63,562 bases of DNA, filler included, from Octopus bimaculoides (GCF_001194135.2; 6 parts of 5 records of this genome joined end to end with filler, not necessarily neighbours in it), one strand, 5' to 3'; positions 50,599 to 62,755 are shown, counted from the first letter of the whole stretch. The notes: generated from the letters alone by a model not told the origin. Translations and numbers: made by a program.

Positions 50599-50870
50599 GT
50601 GAATCCCTAAAACTCGAGAACTACGCAACCAATTTCATTCAAATTTTACACATGCCTTACTTAGGGTTCCAGTTGTGTTTTAGTCAAAAAAAATGTTTAA
50701 CTTCTTGCAGAGTTCGAGCACACGGCAACATAATATCTCTTCCACTATTTAAGTATTGTGTCAAAAGTGAAACAAAACCACTCGTGTCAAATACTTTGAC
50801 TTTAAAAATGAAACTATTCCACTAACTGAAACAATCACATTTCGATACTGTAATGACAGATACTTTCACA
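50542..50870 (+). mobile_element. Non-autonomous Helitron, 5' end
   Basis: A|TCTATATATATAAAAATGAG followed by (GTCT)n and CAACCAATTTCATTCAAATTTTACAC, a typical Helitron 5' terminus. No 3' hairpin-CTRR was seen. Confidence 0.7.
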
Positions 50871-50967
50871 GAGAGAGAAAGACAGAAAGAGAGAGACAGA
50901 AAGAGAGAGACAGAAAGAGAGAGAGAGAGATGTATATGTATACATATACATGTATATGTACACCATT

Positions 50968-51067
50968 NNNNNNNNNNNNNNNNNNNNNNNNNNNNNNNNN
51001 NNNNNNNNNNNTTAATTAATTAANNNNNNNNNNNNNNNNNNNNNNNNNNNNNNNNNNNNNNNNNNNN
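50968..51067. other. Artificial scaffold linker
   Basis: N44-TTAATTAATTAA(51012-51023)-N44. Confidence 0.95.
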
Positions 51068-51085
51068 TGTGTGTAGTATGATGTG

Positions 51086-51155
<70 letters not shown>

Positions 51156-51179
51156 TCATACATACATACATACATACAC

Positions 51180-51340
51180 AAGTGAGTGCAAACTCCGAAA
51201 ATTTAGCACTCAACACATTTGTGAGGCACAAAGCTCGAAATTCGGTGTGTGTGGGGGTTCTAGTCGATTAGATCGACTCCAGTACGCAACTGGTACTGAA
51301 TTCGTCCGGCGTGCTAACGATTCTGCCAGCTCACCGCCTA
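51180..51340 (-). mobile_element. SINE family B with internal deletion
   Basis: GTCGATTAGATCGACTCCAGTACGCAACTGGTAC joined directly to TTCGTCCGGCGTGCTAACGATTCTGCCAGCTCACCGCC. Confidence 0.8.
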
Positions 51341-51861
51341 ACATATAATAATCTTCTCTGTGTCGTTCCAATTTTAGTATATGTACTCCACATATAATAC
51401 CAATGTAATATCAATAATGAGATGATAATTTGTATATTATACTCGTATTATATTTCAGTAAATATATCCCAGATAATTCATATCCAGATTAATGCCTGGA
51501 CAATATTCCCAGTGGATAGCATTTTCTTGATATCTAAGTAAATCAATAACGAACCGATATAAATACTTCATCTAGTAAAGCGAATCGTCTTATCGTTTGT
51601 CAGTCTCCATTGGTTACCAAATACTAGATTATCTTACTTAACTGATCTCTTCTGATCTGCTCCCGAGAACAATTTCGAAGATTCACTCTGAGCCAGTTTG
51701 TGATTGAGTTTCCAGGAAAAATCTACAAACAATGATGTTCGCTTTTAATGGCTTCCCAAAGATATTTTACAAAGATGGATTATAATAGTAATAGTAAACG
51801 CATTAGATTTTTTTTTACAGTTCTATTTTTAAGAGATGAGGAATTATGTACATTATTTACA

Positions 51862-52079
51862 TTATTTACATTTGACGGATATTTGTCCTCATCTTGTTTG
51901 TTGTTAACACAACGTTTCGGCTGATACACCCTCCAGCCTCCATTGAAAAATACCTTAGGAATGAGAACCCAGGTTCGAAATTTCCCCAAGACACCTGATG
52001 AAGGCTGGAGGGTGTACCAGCCGAAACGTTGTGTTAACAACAAACAAAATGAGGACAAATATCCGTCAAATGTAAATAA
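51862..52079. mobile_element. Penelope-like inverted-repeat element (78-bp arms, 62-bp spacer)
   Basis: 51862-51939 and 52002-52079 are reverse complements with two mismatches. A hammerhead motif overlaps the right arm. Confidence 0.8.
51990..52035 (+). ncRNA. Minimal type I hammerhead ribozyme
   Basis: Stem I GACAC/GTGTT, CTGATGA(A), stem II GGCTGG-AGGGTGTA-CCAGCC, GAA, palindromic stem III ACGT, cleavage after GUU (52030). Confidence 0.8.
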
Positions 52080-52119
52080 CGTAAAGTACTCCTATTTCTA
52101 AAGTCAAAATATTTGAGCT

Positions 52120-52311
52120 TTCGTCATCTTCGTCATCCTCATCATTTTCATCGTCATCATCGTCGCCATCGTCATCACTGTCATCGTTATCATCGTTATC
52201 ATCATCATCATAATCATCATCGTCGTCGTCATCGTCACCGCCGCCGCGACTACCACAAACACCACGACCACCACTACCACGACCACCACCACCACTACCA
52301 CCACCACCACC
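52120..52311. repeat. Degenerate (CAT/CGT/CAC)n trinucleotide tract
   Basis: Visible directly; it produces the His-rich ORF artefact. Confidence 0.9.
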
Positions 52312-53350
52312 NNNNNNNNNNNNNNNNNNNNNNNNNNNNNNNNNNNNNNNNNNNNNNNNNNNNNNNNNNNNNNNNNNNNNNNNNNNNNNNNNNNNNNNNN
52401 NNNNNNNNNNNNNNNNNNNNNNNNNNNNNNNNNNNNNNNNNNNNNNNNNNNNNNNNNNNNNNNNNNNNNNNNNNNNNNNGTGGTGGTCATCTTCATAGTC
52501 ATGGTCATGGTCATTTAAATAATGGGAACGTGATTACATTCGTAAGTCTATATCTTTAGATACAGAGATAATTTTCTTTATTTAACAGTAACAATTTATA
52601 AATAAACACACGCAGCACAATATTATTTTGTAATAACATCATACTATGAAGTTTATATAATTCATACAATCTCCCAGCCTAGCCTCATTTAAATCACTCG
52701 TGGAAGTTTTGCATAACTAGAAAAAAACATCAAGCGTTATGGGCAAAAAATATAAAATCACTTCAGTCATTATTTTCTTCAGTTGCGTGCGACCTACAAG
52801 TAATATAAAAAAACACCGATAGAGAAAGAAGGATAGTGAGAAATTAGAGAGGGAGATAAAGAGAGAGAGAGAGAGGGAGAGGGAGAGAGAGAGAGAGAGA
52901 GAGAGAGAATTATTCAATTAGATAAACCACTTGTCAAAGAAATATTGCCAGGAATAAAGCAAAAGTCGAAATTTTTGAATGAACTAATATTTTAGACGAA
53001 AATTTCTCTAGATATTCATTATGACTGGCAATATAAAGAGAATTGTTTGAAAGAAGAATTACAAAAGTGGATTTAAAAAAAAAAATTATGAATAAATAAA
53101 TAAAGAAATAAATAAATAAATAAAGAAAGAAAAATTGTCTTTGCTTCATTATAAATTGGTCTAAATAATATGGTTCCGGGGGACTAAAATACCAAGACTT
53201 AAAATACCAGTAGAAATAGTTTGGTCGTTACAGTAAAATTATTGGCAGTTGCAACGAGCTTGCAGTCACTGACTATTAAGTTTGCAACAAAAAAGAAGGC
53301 TTCAAATGTGCGGAGATGTAGAGAGAAGTAGAGAGAGAGAGAGACAAAGC

Positions 53351-53411
<61 letters not shown>

Positions 53412-55429
53412 AAAGAGAAGAGATATAAAACGGGAGAGAGAAAACTGCGTTAGGTGTGATGTCATCCAAAGAATTATCTTGACCATTCCCTTTTGATTAT
53501 AAGGAATGTTAATGAATCCCTAGAGATGATTGATAGGAATGTTCAGTACTTTAGACAGTAGGACGCTCCATGTGAACAAGGCGGATCAATCTTGTGACAG
53601 TGTACACCTTCTGTGTACTAGAGCACTTCTATTGATTAAGTTTTCCAGTCGTGTTAGAAAAAAAAAAAAAAAATGGCATCTCTTGCGCTCTTTTTCTGTC
53701 TCCATTTTTACTCTCCGTTCATCTATTCATCTGTCTTTTTTCTCTCTATCTCCATCCGTCCACCCACCCATCCATTTCTTTCTCTCTTTCTCTCAAGATG
53801 TGGCTATTGCTCATGTCAATGATTATGTGCCGTTGAAAGATAATGGAAACAACAAATAGAGTAAAGAACAAAATATAAAAAATACACCAAACACACGCAC
53901 GAACACACGTTTTTGCTCTCGTACGCACACACGCACTTACATATACACTCATACATGCACTTACACACACACACACACATATAGTCACACACAAGAGGTT
54001 GGTCCATCGGCCGTGCTTTTAAATGCCTTGTCTTCTCAGGCAAAACATATCTCGTCTATCATATTTCCGTCACTTATGGCAGGACGTTAAAAGTCCCCGC
54101 TCTTTACAACGTCAACAATATTTCCGGTGGTCACGGTTTGTCTGCTAAGAAGTGAAAGAAGCCAACGATCTTTGATATAATCGATGAAAAGGAATAAAAA
54201 AAAAAGGAAAGAGAACTATTGACAAAAAAAAAAAATTGTAAGAATTACAACTATAACTAAATTAAAATTTTTTTCTAGTAGAATTTATGAGACAAAAGAA
54301 AGTTTTTGAAGTTTGTTGAATTCTAACATCTACGTTTAATACATACATACATGCATACATACACGCATACATACATACATACATACATATAATGCATACA
54401 TACATGCATACATGTATATATATATATATACATATGTATGTATGTATGTATGCGTGTATGTATGTATGCATGCATGTATGTATGTATGTATGTATGTATA
54501 TATGTATGNNNNNNNNNNNNNNNNNNNNNNNNNNNNNNNNNNNNNNNNNNNNNNNNNNNNNNNNNNNNNNNNNNNNNNNNNNNNNNNNNNNNNNNNNNNN
54601 NNNNNNNNNNNNNNNNNNNNNNNNNNNNNNNNNNNNNNNNNNNNNNNNNNNNNNNNNNNNNNNNNNNNNNNNNNNNNNNNNNNNNNNNNNNNNNNNNNNN
54701 NNNNNNNNNNNNNNNNNNNNNNNNNNNNNNNNNNNNNNNNNNNNNNNNNNNNNNNNNNNNNNNNNNNNNNNNNNNNNNNNNNNNNNNNNNNNNNTATATA
54801 TATATATATGTATATATATATACACATACGTATATACTTATATATATGTATGTATGTTTATATATCTATCGCAGTAAGTTGATTATTTTCAGTAATAAAG
54901 AATTTAAAAATAAATTAAATCAATATTATTGGTTAAACACTCGATATTTAATATTTGTAGTATATCATTACACCTAATAATTATTTTAACCTTTCCTTTA
55001 TTTGGAATTATTGAACTTGTAAAAAAGAAAATTATTCATTTATTTTCTTTTCATAAAAATTATGTAAAATTGTATTACCGAAAATGGGAACAATTTGAAT
55101 TTACAACCCTGATGAAAATGAGGTTTAACCCCGATTGAATGAGTTTAAAAATAAGAGTTTTGATTTTGTTGTTAACAAGCGCTAACGCAGTATTTCATTT
55201 TTACATTAATGTCATATGTATGGCGAGTGCTCTAGAGCAAAAAGCGATTCCTTACATCACACCGTTACGCGCACTTCTAATCTGGTTTTCATCTCTATTT
55301 GAACCAAAGTCACTTCAAATACATCACCACCGCCTCCAAGACAGGTATGAATGTCATAAATTTTGTTTCCATTTTTGTAAAAAACAAAAAAACAAAACAA
55401 AAGCAAAAACAAAAAACTAGGCCTTTGTA

Positions 55430-55870
55430 CTATTGTTTTTATTGTGGTTGTTGTTGGCTAGTTGGCTCTAGGTCAGCTCGATCAGGGTTGACCCATGATC
55501 AAAGGAATTCCAGCCTTGACCATCATGTTTTTTGTTAGGCATAATGTCTCCTGGACAACATTATATAATGTAATCTTTCTCTTAAAGATGGTAGGATGAG
55601 ATCTGACAGCTATTTCTAGCAGGTCGAAGGTGTTCTTTATTGGTTTTTCTCTATCTTTGTAGGCTCTGTAGCTGGTGGATGCTAGAATCAGTAGTGCTTT
55701 GGACAAAACCACATACGGTATTTGGCTGCATCGCTTCATAGTTTGGGTTCGAATCCTACCCAGGTCCACTTTGACTTTCAGCGTTCCGAATTTGAGAAAA
55801 TAAGTCCTTGAGCTTATATAATCGACTACAATAACCCCTCTATCCAACCATAAAAAGTTGGCCCAGCAGG
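55430..55870. mobile_element. Decayed SINE-derived sequence
   Basis: B-box GGTTCGAATCC at ~55746, followed by a Meta-like CAGGTCCACTTTGACTTTCAGC. Confidence 0.45.
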
Positions 55871-56260
55871 CCATAGCTCAATGATTAGAGTCTGTAAAAA
55901 TGACCATTTCTAACATAAACGCGCCAAAATGAAGACATTTGAAAAATACCCCCAATTATAATTTGCAAAGCTTTATACATGATCTCTTTCGGGTGAGCGT
56001 TCTGTGGCTAGTTCTGGAAATTGTGTTTTGGACGCTGATGAGATTGCAGAAATTTACATTTGTAAATATTAAGAAGCGAAACCATTGGTACGTAGGTAAT
56101 CGTTTTTTATTTCGTATATTTTCATGTCTTGCTCATCTTTACATTCTGGTCTTTTGCTGAAATTTTCTTGAGAGCACACTCTTCGTGGTAAGGCGATTTG
56201 ACGTCTATCTGTAGCATATTAGGAGTCCCCCTTAGTGGTCATTCCTCTTAATTTTGTATA

Positions 56261-56313
<53 letters not shown>

Positions 56314-56354
56314 GTATATATATATATATGTATATATATATGTATATATATATG

Positions 56355-56389
<35 letters not shown>

Positions 56390-56611
56390 GTATATATATT
56401 TATATATGTATATATATATATGTATATATANNNNNNNNNNNNNNNNNNNNNNNNNNNNNNNNNNNNNNNNNNNNNNNNNNNNNNNNNNNNNNNNNNNNNN
56501 NNNNNNNNNNNNNNNNNNNNNNNNNNNNNNNNNNNNNNNNNNNNNNNNNNNNNNNNNNNNNNNNNNNNNNNNNNNNNNNNNNNNNNNNNNNNNNNNNNNN
56601 NNNNNNNNNNN

Positions 56612-56700
56612 NCACTGGGGCCGATGTAATCGACTTAATCCCTTTGTCTGTCCTTGTTTGTCCCCTCTATGTTTAGCCCCCTGTGGGCAATAAAGAAATA
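56612..56700 (+). mobile_element. SINE family B, 3' part
   Basis: CACTGGGGCCGATGTAATCGACTTAATCCC...GGGCAATAAAGAAATA. Confidence 0.85.
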
Positions 56701-56771
56701 TATATATGTATATATACTTCGTTTTTGACTTTTGTTTTCAAGATACTTTATGTGAGTTCGTGTATTGAAGC

Positions 56772-57027
56772 ATATTTTGTTGTGTCTGAGGAGAGTCATT
56801 TTCTTTTTGTGCCTTATAATTTAACACACTCACCGGTAAAGTCTCCACGCATTTGCTTACGTATTTTTCCTAAAATTTTCGTTGCGTCTTGCAACTAGTA
56901 TTGAAAAGGTTGCAAGACGCAACGAAAATTTTAGGAAAAATAAATAAGCAAATGAGGGGAAACTTCACCGGTGTGTGTTAAATAATAAGGCTCTAAAAGA
57001 GAATGACACTCTCCAGACACAGCAAAA

Positions 57028-57030
<3 letters not shown>
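56772..57030. mobile_element. Palindromic element (~123-bp arms, 13-nt loop), probably Penelope-derived
   Basis: 56772-56895 and 56909-57030 are imperfect reverse complements. The arm recurs at 44445. Confidence 0.8.
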
Positions 57031-57094
<64 letters not shown>

Positions 57095-57901
57095 GTATAT
57101 ATATATATATATAATGATAATTAAATTAGGCAGCTGTTTAGCAACGTGTTACCAAAAACGAATACATTAAATACAACAGAGGGTGCTAGAACACCNNNNN
57201 NNNNNNNNNNNNNNNNNNNNNNNNNNNNNNNNNNNNNNNNNNNNNNNNNNNNNNNNNNNNNNNNNNNNNNNNNNNNNNNNNNNNNNNNNNNNNNNNNNNN
57301 NNNNNNNNNNNNNNNNNNNNNNNNNNNNNNNNNNNNNNNNNNNNNNNNNNNNNNNNNNNNNNNNNNNNNNNNNNNNNNNNNNNNNNNNNNNNNNNNNNNN
57401 NNNNNNNNNNNNNNNNNNNNNNNNNNNNNNNNNNNNNNNNNNNNNNNNNNNNNNNNNNNNNNNNNNNNNNNNNNNNNNNNNNNNNNNNNNNNNNNNNNNN
57501 NNNNNNNNNNNNNNNNNNNNNNNNNNNNNNNNNNNNNNNNNNNNNNNNNNNNNNNNNNNNNNNNNNNNNNNNNNNNNNNNNNNNNNNNNNNNNNNNNNNN
57601 NNNNNNNNNNNNNNNNNNNNNNNNNNNNNNNNNNNNNNNNNNNNNNNNNNNNNNNNNNNNNNNNNNNNNNNNNNNNNNNNNNNNNNNNNNNNNNNNNNNN
57701 NNNNNNNNNNNNNNNNNNNNNNNNNNNNNNNNNNNNNNNNNNNNNNNNNNNNNNNNNNNNNNNNNNNNNNNNNNNNNNNNNNNNNNNNNNNNNNNNNNNN
57801 NNNNNNNNNNNNNNNNNNNNNNNNNNNNNNNNNNNNNNNNNNNNNNNNNNNNNNNNNNNNNNNNNNNNNNNNNNNNNNNNNNNNNNNNNNNNNNNNNNNN
57901 N

Positions 57902-58010
57902 GAGGATTGCTCTACATTTTACATTTAATGTAATTTTCACATTGCTTAAATAAATGGAGTCGCATGAAACGATCGTACAGCATCAACTTTGGACATTCTT
58001 GTTGCTTATT
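57902..58010 (-). repeat. Second copy of the unidentified repeat at 1591-2000
   Basis: CATTTTACATTTAAT...GCTTAAATAAATGGAGTCG.ATGAAACGATCGTAC is shared. The homologous frame reads PKLMLYDRFMRLHLFKQCENYIKCKM*. Confidence 0.85.
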
Positions 58011-58011
58011 T

Positions 58012-58049
<38 letters not shown>

Positions 58050-58124
58050 GTGTGTGTGTGTATGTGTGTGTGTGTGTGTGTATATGTGCGTGTGTGTGTG
58101 TATTTATATATATATATATATATC

Positions 58125-58190
58125 GATTTCATCGACCTTGGGAGGATGAAAGGCAAAGTCGACATGCTAAAAACTCTGCCAGCTCGTCGC
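58125..58190 (-). mobile_element. SINE family B fragment
   Basis: ATCGACCTTGGGAGGATGAAAGGCAAAGTCGAC...CTGCCAGCTCGTCGCC. Confidence 0.7.
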
Positions 58191-58804
58191 CCTACACGTA
58201 CATATATTCACATACATGCGGCAATACATTCATGAGTACACACACACTGCACAATTACGCTTATCTGACCTTTTTTAATGCATGAACAAATTCATTCACC
58301 GAGACTTGCACGGCAGATGTAGCACCTACTAAAAGTAGACAAACAACACATATTGTTTACTGTAAGAACCAGATGCTCTGGTTACAAAAAGACTTGAATA
58401 AATCATTAAAATTATAATATTAAAAAAAAGTCATAACATAAAATAGGACTCCTTCCACACTTAATTGCAAATTTGTACTTAGAATATATTGCAATAACAC
58501 CGGAATGAAAAAATCTCCTTGCTAACGCAAAACGACTGACTGCCTCTTAATCCACTCAATCCACTTAATCCGCGTAAAGTGTTTCAGACAAGCAATGTAA
58601 TAGGCAAATTTCCATGTAAGCATGAAATATACATGGATACGTGTTTTTAGGACATACAAATTGTACAATGTCTCTTTAGCTGACCATACAAACGACAAAC
58701 TAGGAGCCGTTATGATTCAGAACATAAAACAAAACAAAGAAATAAAAACGTTTGCTTGAAAAAGTACTTGGTAGCAGTATTACAATTTTATTTAAAATTT
58801 TTAC

Positions 58805-59010
58805 TTTTATTTTCTTTTACTTGTTTAATTCATTAGACAACGGCCATGCTGGGGCCCCGCCTCGAAGGGTTTTAGTCGAACAACTTGACCCAAACTCTTA
58901 TATTTAAAACCTGCTATTTATTCAATTGTTCTCTTTTGCAGAACTGTTAAGTTACAGGGACGTAAACAAACCAATACCAGTTGTCAAGCGACAGTGGGAG
59001 ACAAACACAA
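58805..59010 (-). mobile_element. SINE family A, 3' part
   Basis: CGGCCATGCTGGGGCCCCGCC...AGTTACAGGGACGTAAAC...TTGTCAAGCGA. Confidence 0.8.
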
Positions 59011-59093
59011 AGTGACTACACACGTCGATTATACATATGTATACGTATGTATATGTATTTGTGTGTGTGCATATTTATACATATATATATTTG

Positions 59094-59138
<45 letters not shown>

Positions 59139-59559
59139 ATTTGATTAATGAGGGAGACAGAATATGGAAGATACGAGAATCTTTATTGGTCACTACAACT
59201 GTTTCGACCCGTCTAGCATCGATTCCTCGCAGATGGGGTACTAAACATTTGGTTTAGGTGTATCCGTCATTGTAGATGTGTCTCCTCATGTGATTTCAAT
59301 AGGCATCTCGTTAAAATAAACTCTGTTTCACAAGATTTCTCCTTGGTCTTTGTATATAGATGTGGTAAATTAAGATCTTATAGAACATACCAAATCTTCC
59401 TTCTCTGTCCAATGCACTGGAAGCACTTCAACCCAATTCCGTTTGAATAAGGAAAGCATGCAAGCATGCTCATTAAAGAATATAAATCACATCTGAATAT
59501 TCTTTAGAAAGACGAAAAAAACACTAAAAAGAAAAAAAAGGTAAAAACCCAATTTCTTC

Positions 59560-60010
59560 CCCCCCCCCCAAAAAAAAACAACCAGATACAAGAGACATAA
59601 TCCAAAAAACTTTAGCAACAGTTTTCCATTGGGTTTCGAAACCGCAACTCCAAATCACCACGCAATAACACTATACAAACACCAGTTGCTGCCGTCACCA
59701 AACTCTAGACCAACGAAATTTCACCTCCGATGAAAACTGAACTTCAGTAAATATAACAAAATGACCCTTTAAGACAGTCAACCAACTGGAACGGCTGATG
59801 ACCGTTCCCCACAGAGAAGTCCAACCAGGCAGAACGAAAAACTCGACCACAAAAAAAACAACAACAACAAATAATAAGACGTCATCAGTACTTAAACGAA
59901 TCAAAAATCAGATCCGTTCACAGAAAAAAATTATAAATACACGGGATTCCAAAAAGCACCATTACAAATCCTTGCACACGACGGGAAAAAAATCACAGAA
60001 ACTGTAACAA
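59560..60010 (+). mobile_element. Probable decayed LINE fragment
   Basis: A/C-rich coding-like strand similar in character to the 17100 and 27113 fragments. No diagnostic motif. Confidence 0.35.
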
Positions 60011-60410
60011 AACCCTTTTTTTTGCTATCTTCATTTCTTCTTTGTTTTTCTACCTCTTAACTCAGTATGACCGAACTTTTGGTGATCCACATTTCTCATC
60101 GTTTACTTCTAACGCTATTGAATTTTGTGCATTGAAACAAGATGATCCACATTTTCTGCATTGTTGAATGTTGTGAACATTTAAATCATATTTGATATTA
60201 TTGAATTTTGTAAACGTTGAATCTTTTAAACATGTTTTACTACTTCGCAATTTTAAATTTTTACCATTCATAAACAAAAAAAAAAATATTGTTGAAACTA
60301 GTTTAGTATGTATGCAAATTAAATTGATTTAAAAACAATTAGTTTTTCAAATCCAGGTGCATTTTTAACTACAAATTTTCCTATATATTTTCCTGACACA
60401 CCCTCTTTTG

Positions 60411-60448
<38 letters not shown>

Positions 60449-60639
60449 GAGTAAATACTCATAATGATATTATTATTATTATTATTATTATTGATATTAT
60501 CAACGGCAAATCTAAATAATTGATAATAACAACAATAATAACATTAGTGGCAGCAAGCAATATTAGCATTTAACAGCTATACAATAAGTTCATATTTCTA
60601 ACAAGCTGGTGCTTCGTCTACCTTCTTATACAATTATAC

Positions 60640-60648
60640 ACACACACG

Positions 60649-60717
<69 letters not shown>
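60640..60717. repeat. (CA)n microsatellite
   Basis: Visible directly. Confidence 0.95.
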
Positions 60718-60817
60718 NNNNNNNNNNNNNNNNNNNNNNNNNNNNNNNNNNNNNNNNNNNNTTAATTAATTAANNNNNNNNNNNNNNNNNNNNNNNNNNN
60801 NNNNNNNNNNNNNNNNN
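60718..60817. other. Artificial scaffold linker
   Basis: N44-TTAATTAATTAA(60762-60773)-N44. Confidence 0.95.
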
Positions 60818-61050
60818 CAAGACAGGAAAACGAAACGGTGAATAAACAAACAAGCAAAAAGGCTGTATAGCCAGACGTGAAGTGTGTATACATTGAACGC
60901 TGTGAAGCACGAACAGGAGGGGCAAAGATATACGTGCGAGCTTGGAGGGTCCAAGAACGAAAAGAAATAGCTGCCTGACACACGTGACCAAGGCTGTGTA
61001 AAGAGAAAGAGTAGCAGAGGGAAAAGAAGGGGAGGAAGTAGAATAAAAGT
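60818..61050 (-). mobile_element. Second copy of the 33770-34345 repeat
   Basis: Reverse complement CTCTCGTTGCTCAC...CTCTTTACAC..CCTTGGTCAC...GTTCGTGCTTCACAGCGTTC...TTTTCCTGTCTTG aligns with 33845-34095. Confidence 0.8.
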
Positions 61051-61119
61051 GAGCAACGAGAGGTAGAGAGAGAGAGAGAGATAGTAGTAGTAACGGTGAG
61101 AGGCGAAGGACGAGTAACA

Positions 61120-61179
<60 letters not shown>

Positions 61180-61468
61180 AGTGACAGGTAGAGGCGAAGA
61201 ACAGTAGAGGGAAGAATGAGAGGGGGAAATAGAAATAGAGATAGAGAGAGTCGCGTTAGAAAAATAGTTAAAACTTACGGTATAAAAGTTAACGCGTGCG
61301 TTGTCGTGATACAAACAATATATGAGTATATGCATATATATGTACATGTATGTACATACTTTCATCTACATGTACATATAGATACATAACTGGGTACATG
61401 ACGTGGCAAAAGAACATGGACAAAAGGATAAACAAGGTACAACAAACAAGGAAGCCACATAATATATA

Positions 61469-62755
61469 CATCAAAATACACAGATGCATAGGCACAGATA
61501 ATCTATGTATATAGGTATATATTTGCAAGGCACAAATATATACCATGACTACAAATTTATACACATATACATACACACGCATTTAAGCTCGCGCATGAGA
61601 AAACTTATGCGCTGGTAACAAAAATTGTATCTTAATCTATGAAGTAGAGGGGTAAAGAGTAACGTATCGATAATAACGTTACTAATATAGAAAGGGAGAA
61701 AGTGTGGCTATCGTGAGGAAGGAAAGGAAGAAAGAAAGAGAAAAAGAAAGAAAGACAGAAAAGGAAGAAAAGAGAGAAAGGTGGGAATGGGAAGAAAGAA
61801 GTAGAGAGAGAAAATGAGCAAGAACGTATATAGTAAACCTACATAAAATTTAGACTAGGTACATATGTGTATACAAAAATGTATATTAGCATCACGTATA
61901 TTGATATATATGTGGATATGTACGTAAATACTCAGAAACATAACCGTATACATGCGTATGCACACATTCAAGTATGTGTGAGTGTGAACCTAAGCGCACA
62001 TTCCCATATATAACATAGATGCACACACGTGAATAGATGCATGTATGTGTAAATAAATATAAGCATATATTCTTACCCATGTATACACAAAAACGCACGC
62101 ACACGAAATCATAACTGCATATGCACAAGTGTAAACCTAGGCCCTATATGTAAGCGTAGACGCACACATGTGAATACGTAAGTATTGTTACAATACAGAC
62201 ATCTACATAAAAAAACCTTTAGATCTCAGCGTATATATGCAGACAACTTTTTTTAAAAACTGCTGGGTGTATAAAAGTTAAAATCGGGCGAAAATACATG
62301 CATAATAGAATTCTATATGTCGAAACGTCCATAAAAATGGTAAAATTTGCATACTAAGTTTTTTTAAATAAATACAATAGAATAAAGTAAAAACAAGGAA
62401 AAAGAAAAAAAAAACTATGTATATAACAGTGGAAGGTTTTCTTAAAATGACGTAGGAGGTCTATACAAAATTCTTACAGCGCTAAATAAATCATTTATAC
62501 TGCGGTACCAATCCAATAGTAAGATTGCACAATGGTTAGAAGGAGTCAAACATTATCAAAAATATATATAATATACTATACATACGGTATATTACTTGCC
62601 GACATTTTAAATTTGGACGCATGTCTACATGCATTTGAAAGTTCGCGTGTGTATGTATATGTGTATAAATTTGTATTCATGCATATATTTGTGCCTTGCA
62701 AATATATGCCTATATACGTAGATTATCTGTGCGTATGCATCTGTGTATTTTGATG
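61469..62755. repeat. ~112-bp inverted repeat pair enclosing ~1.06 kb, flanked by TA
   Basis: 61469-61580 vs the reverse complement of 62645-62755 is roughly 90% identical by eye (CATCAAAATACACAGATGCATA...CATACACACGC). Confidence 0.8.

Noticed and set aside
55139-55420. ORF with a signal-peptide-like start (MSLKIRVLILLLTSANA) and a possible 35-nt exon at 55310-55344
   Set aside because: The start context and splice signals are weak or inconsistent, and the frame runs into an A-rich simple repeat. There is not enough support.
6751-55870. tRNA genes suggested by A/B-box motifs (6751, 19683, 24436, 55746)
   Set aside because: None folds into a complete cloverleaf, and each continues into a SINE body.
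1949-57953. Long ORF-track entries spanning N runs (e.g. 1949-2776, 18666-19628, 28084-29130, 32467-33525, 54262-54825, 57146-57928)
   Set aside because: Their length comes from X residues over assembly gaps, flanked by (TA)n-derived YI/CV/MY repeats.
59170-59300. Possible fourth hammerhead on the minus strand (…GGGTCGAAACAGTTGTAG)
   Set aside because: The GAAAC and a partial stem are present, but there is no intact CUGANGA core. At best it is a degenerate remnant.
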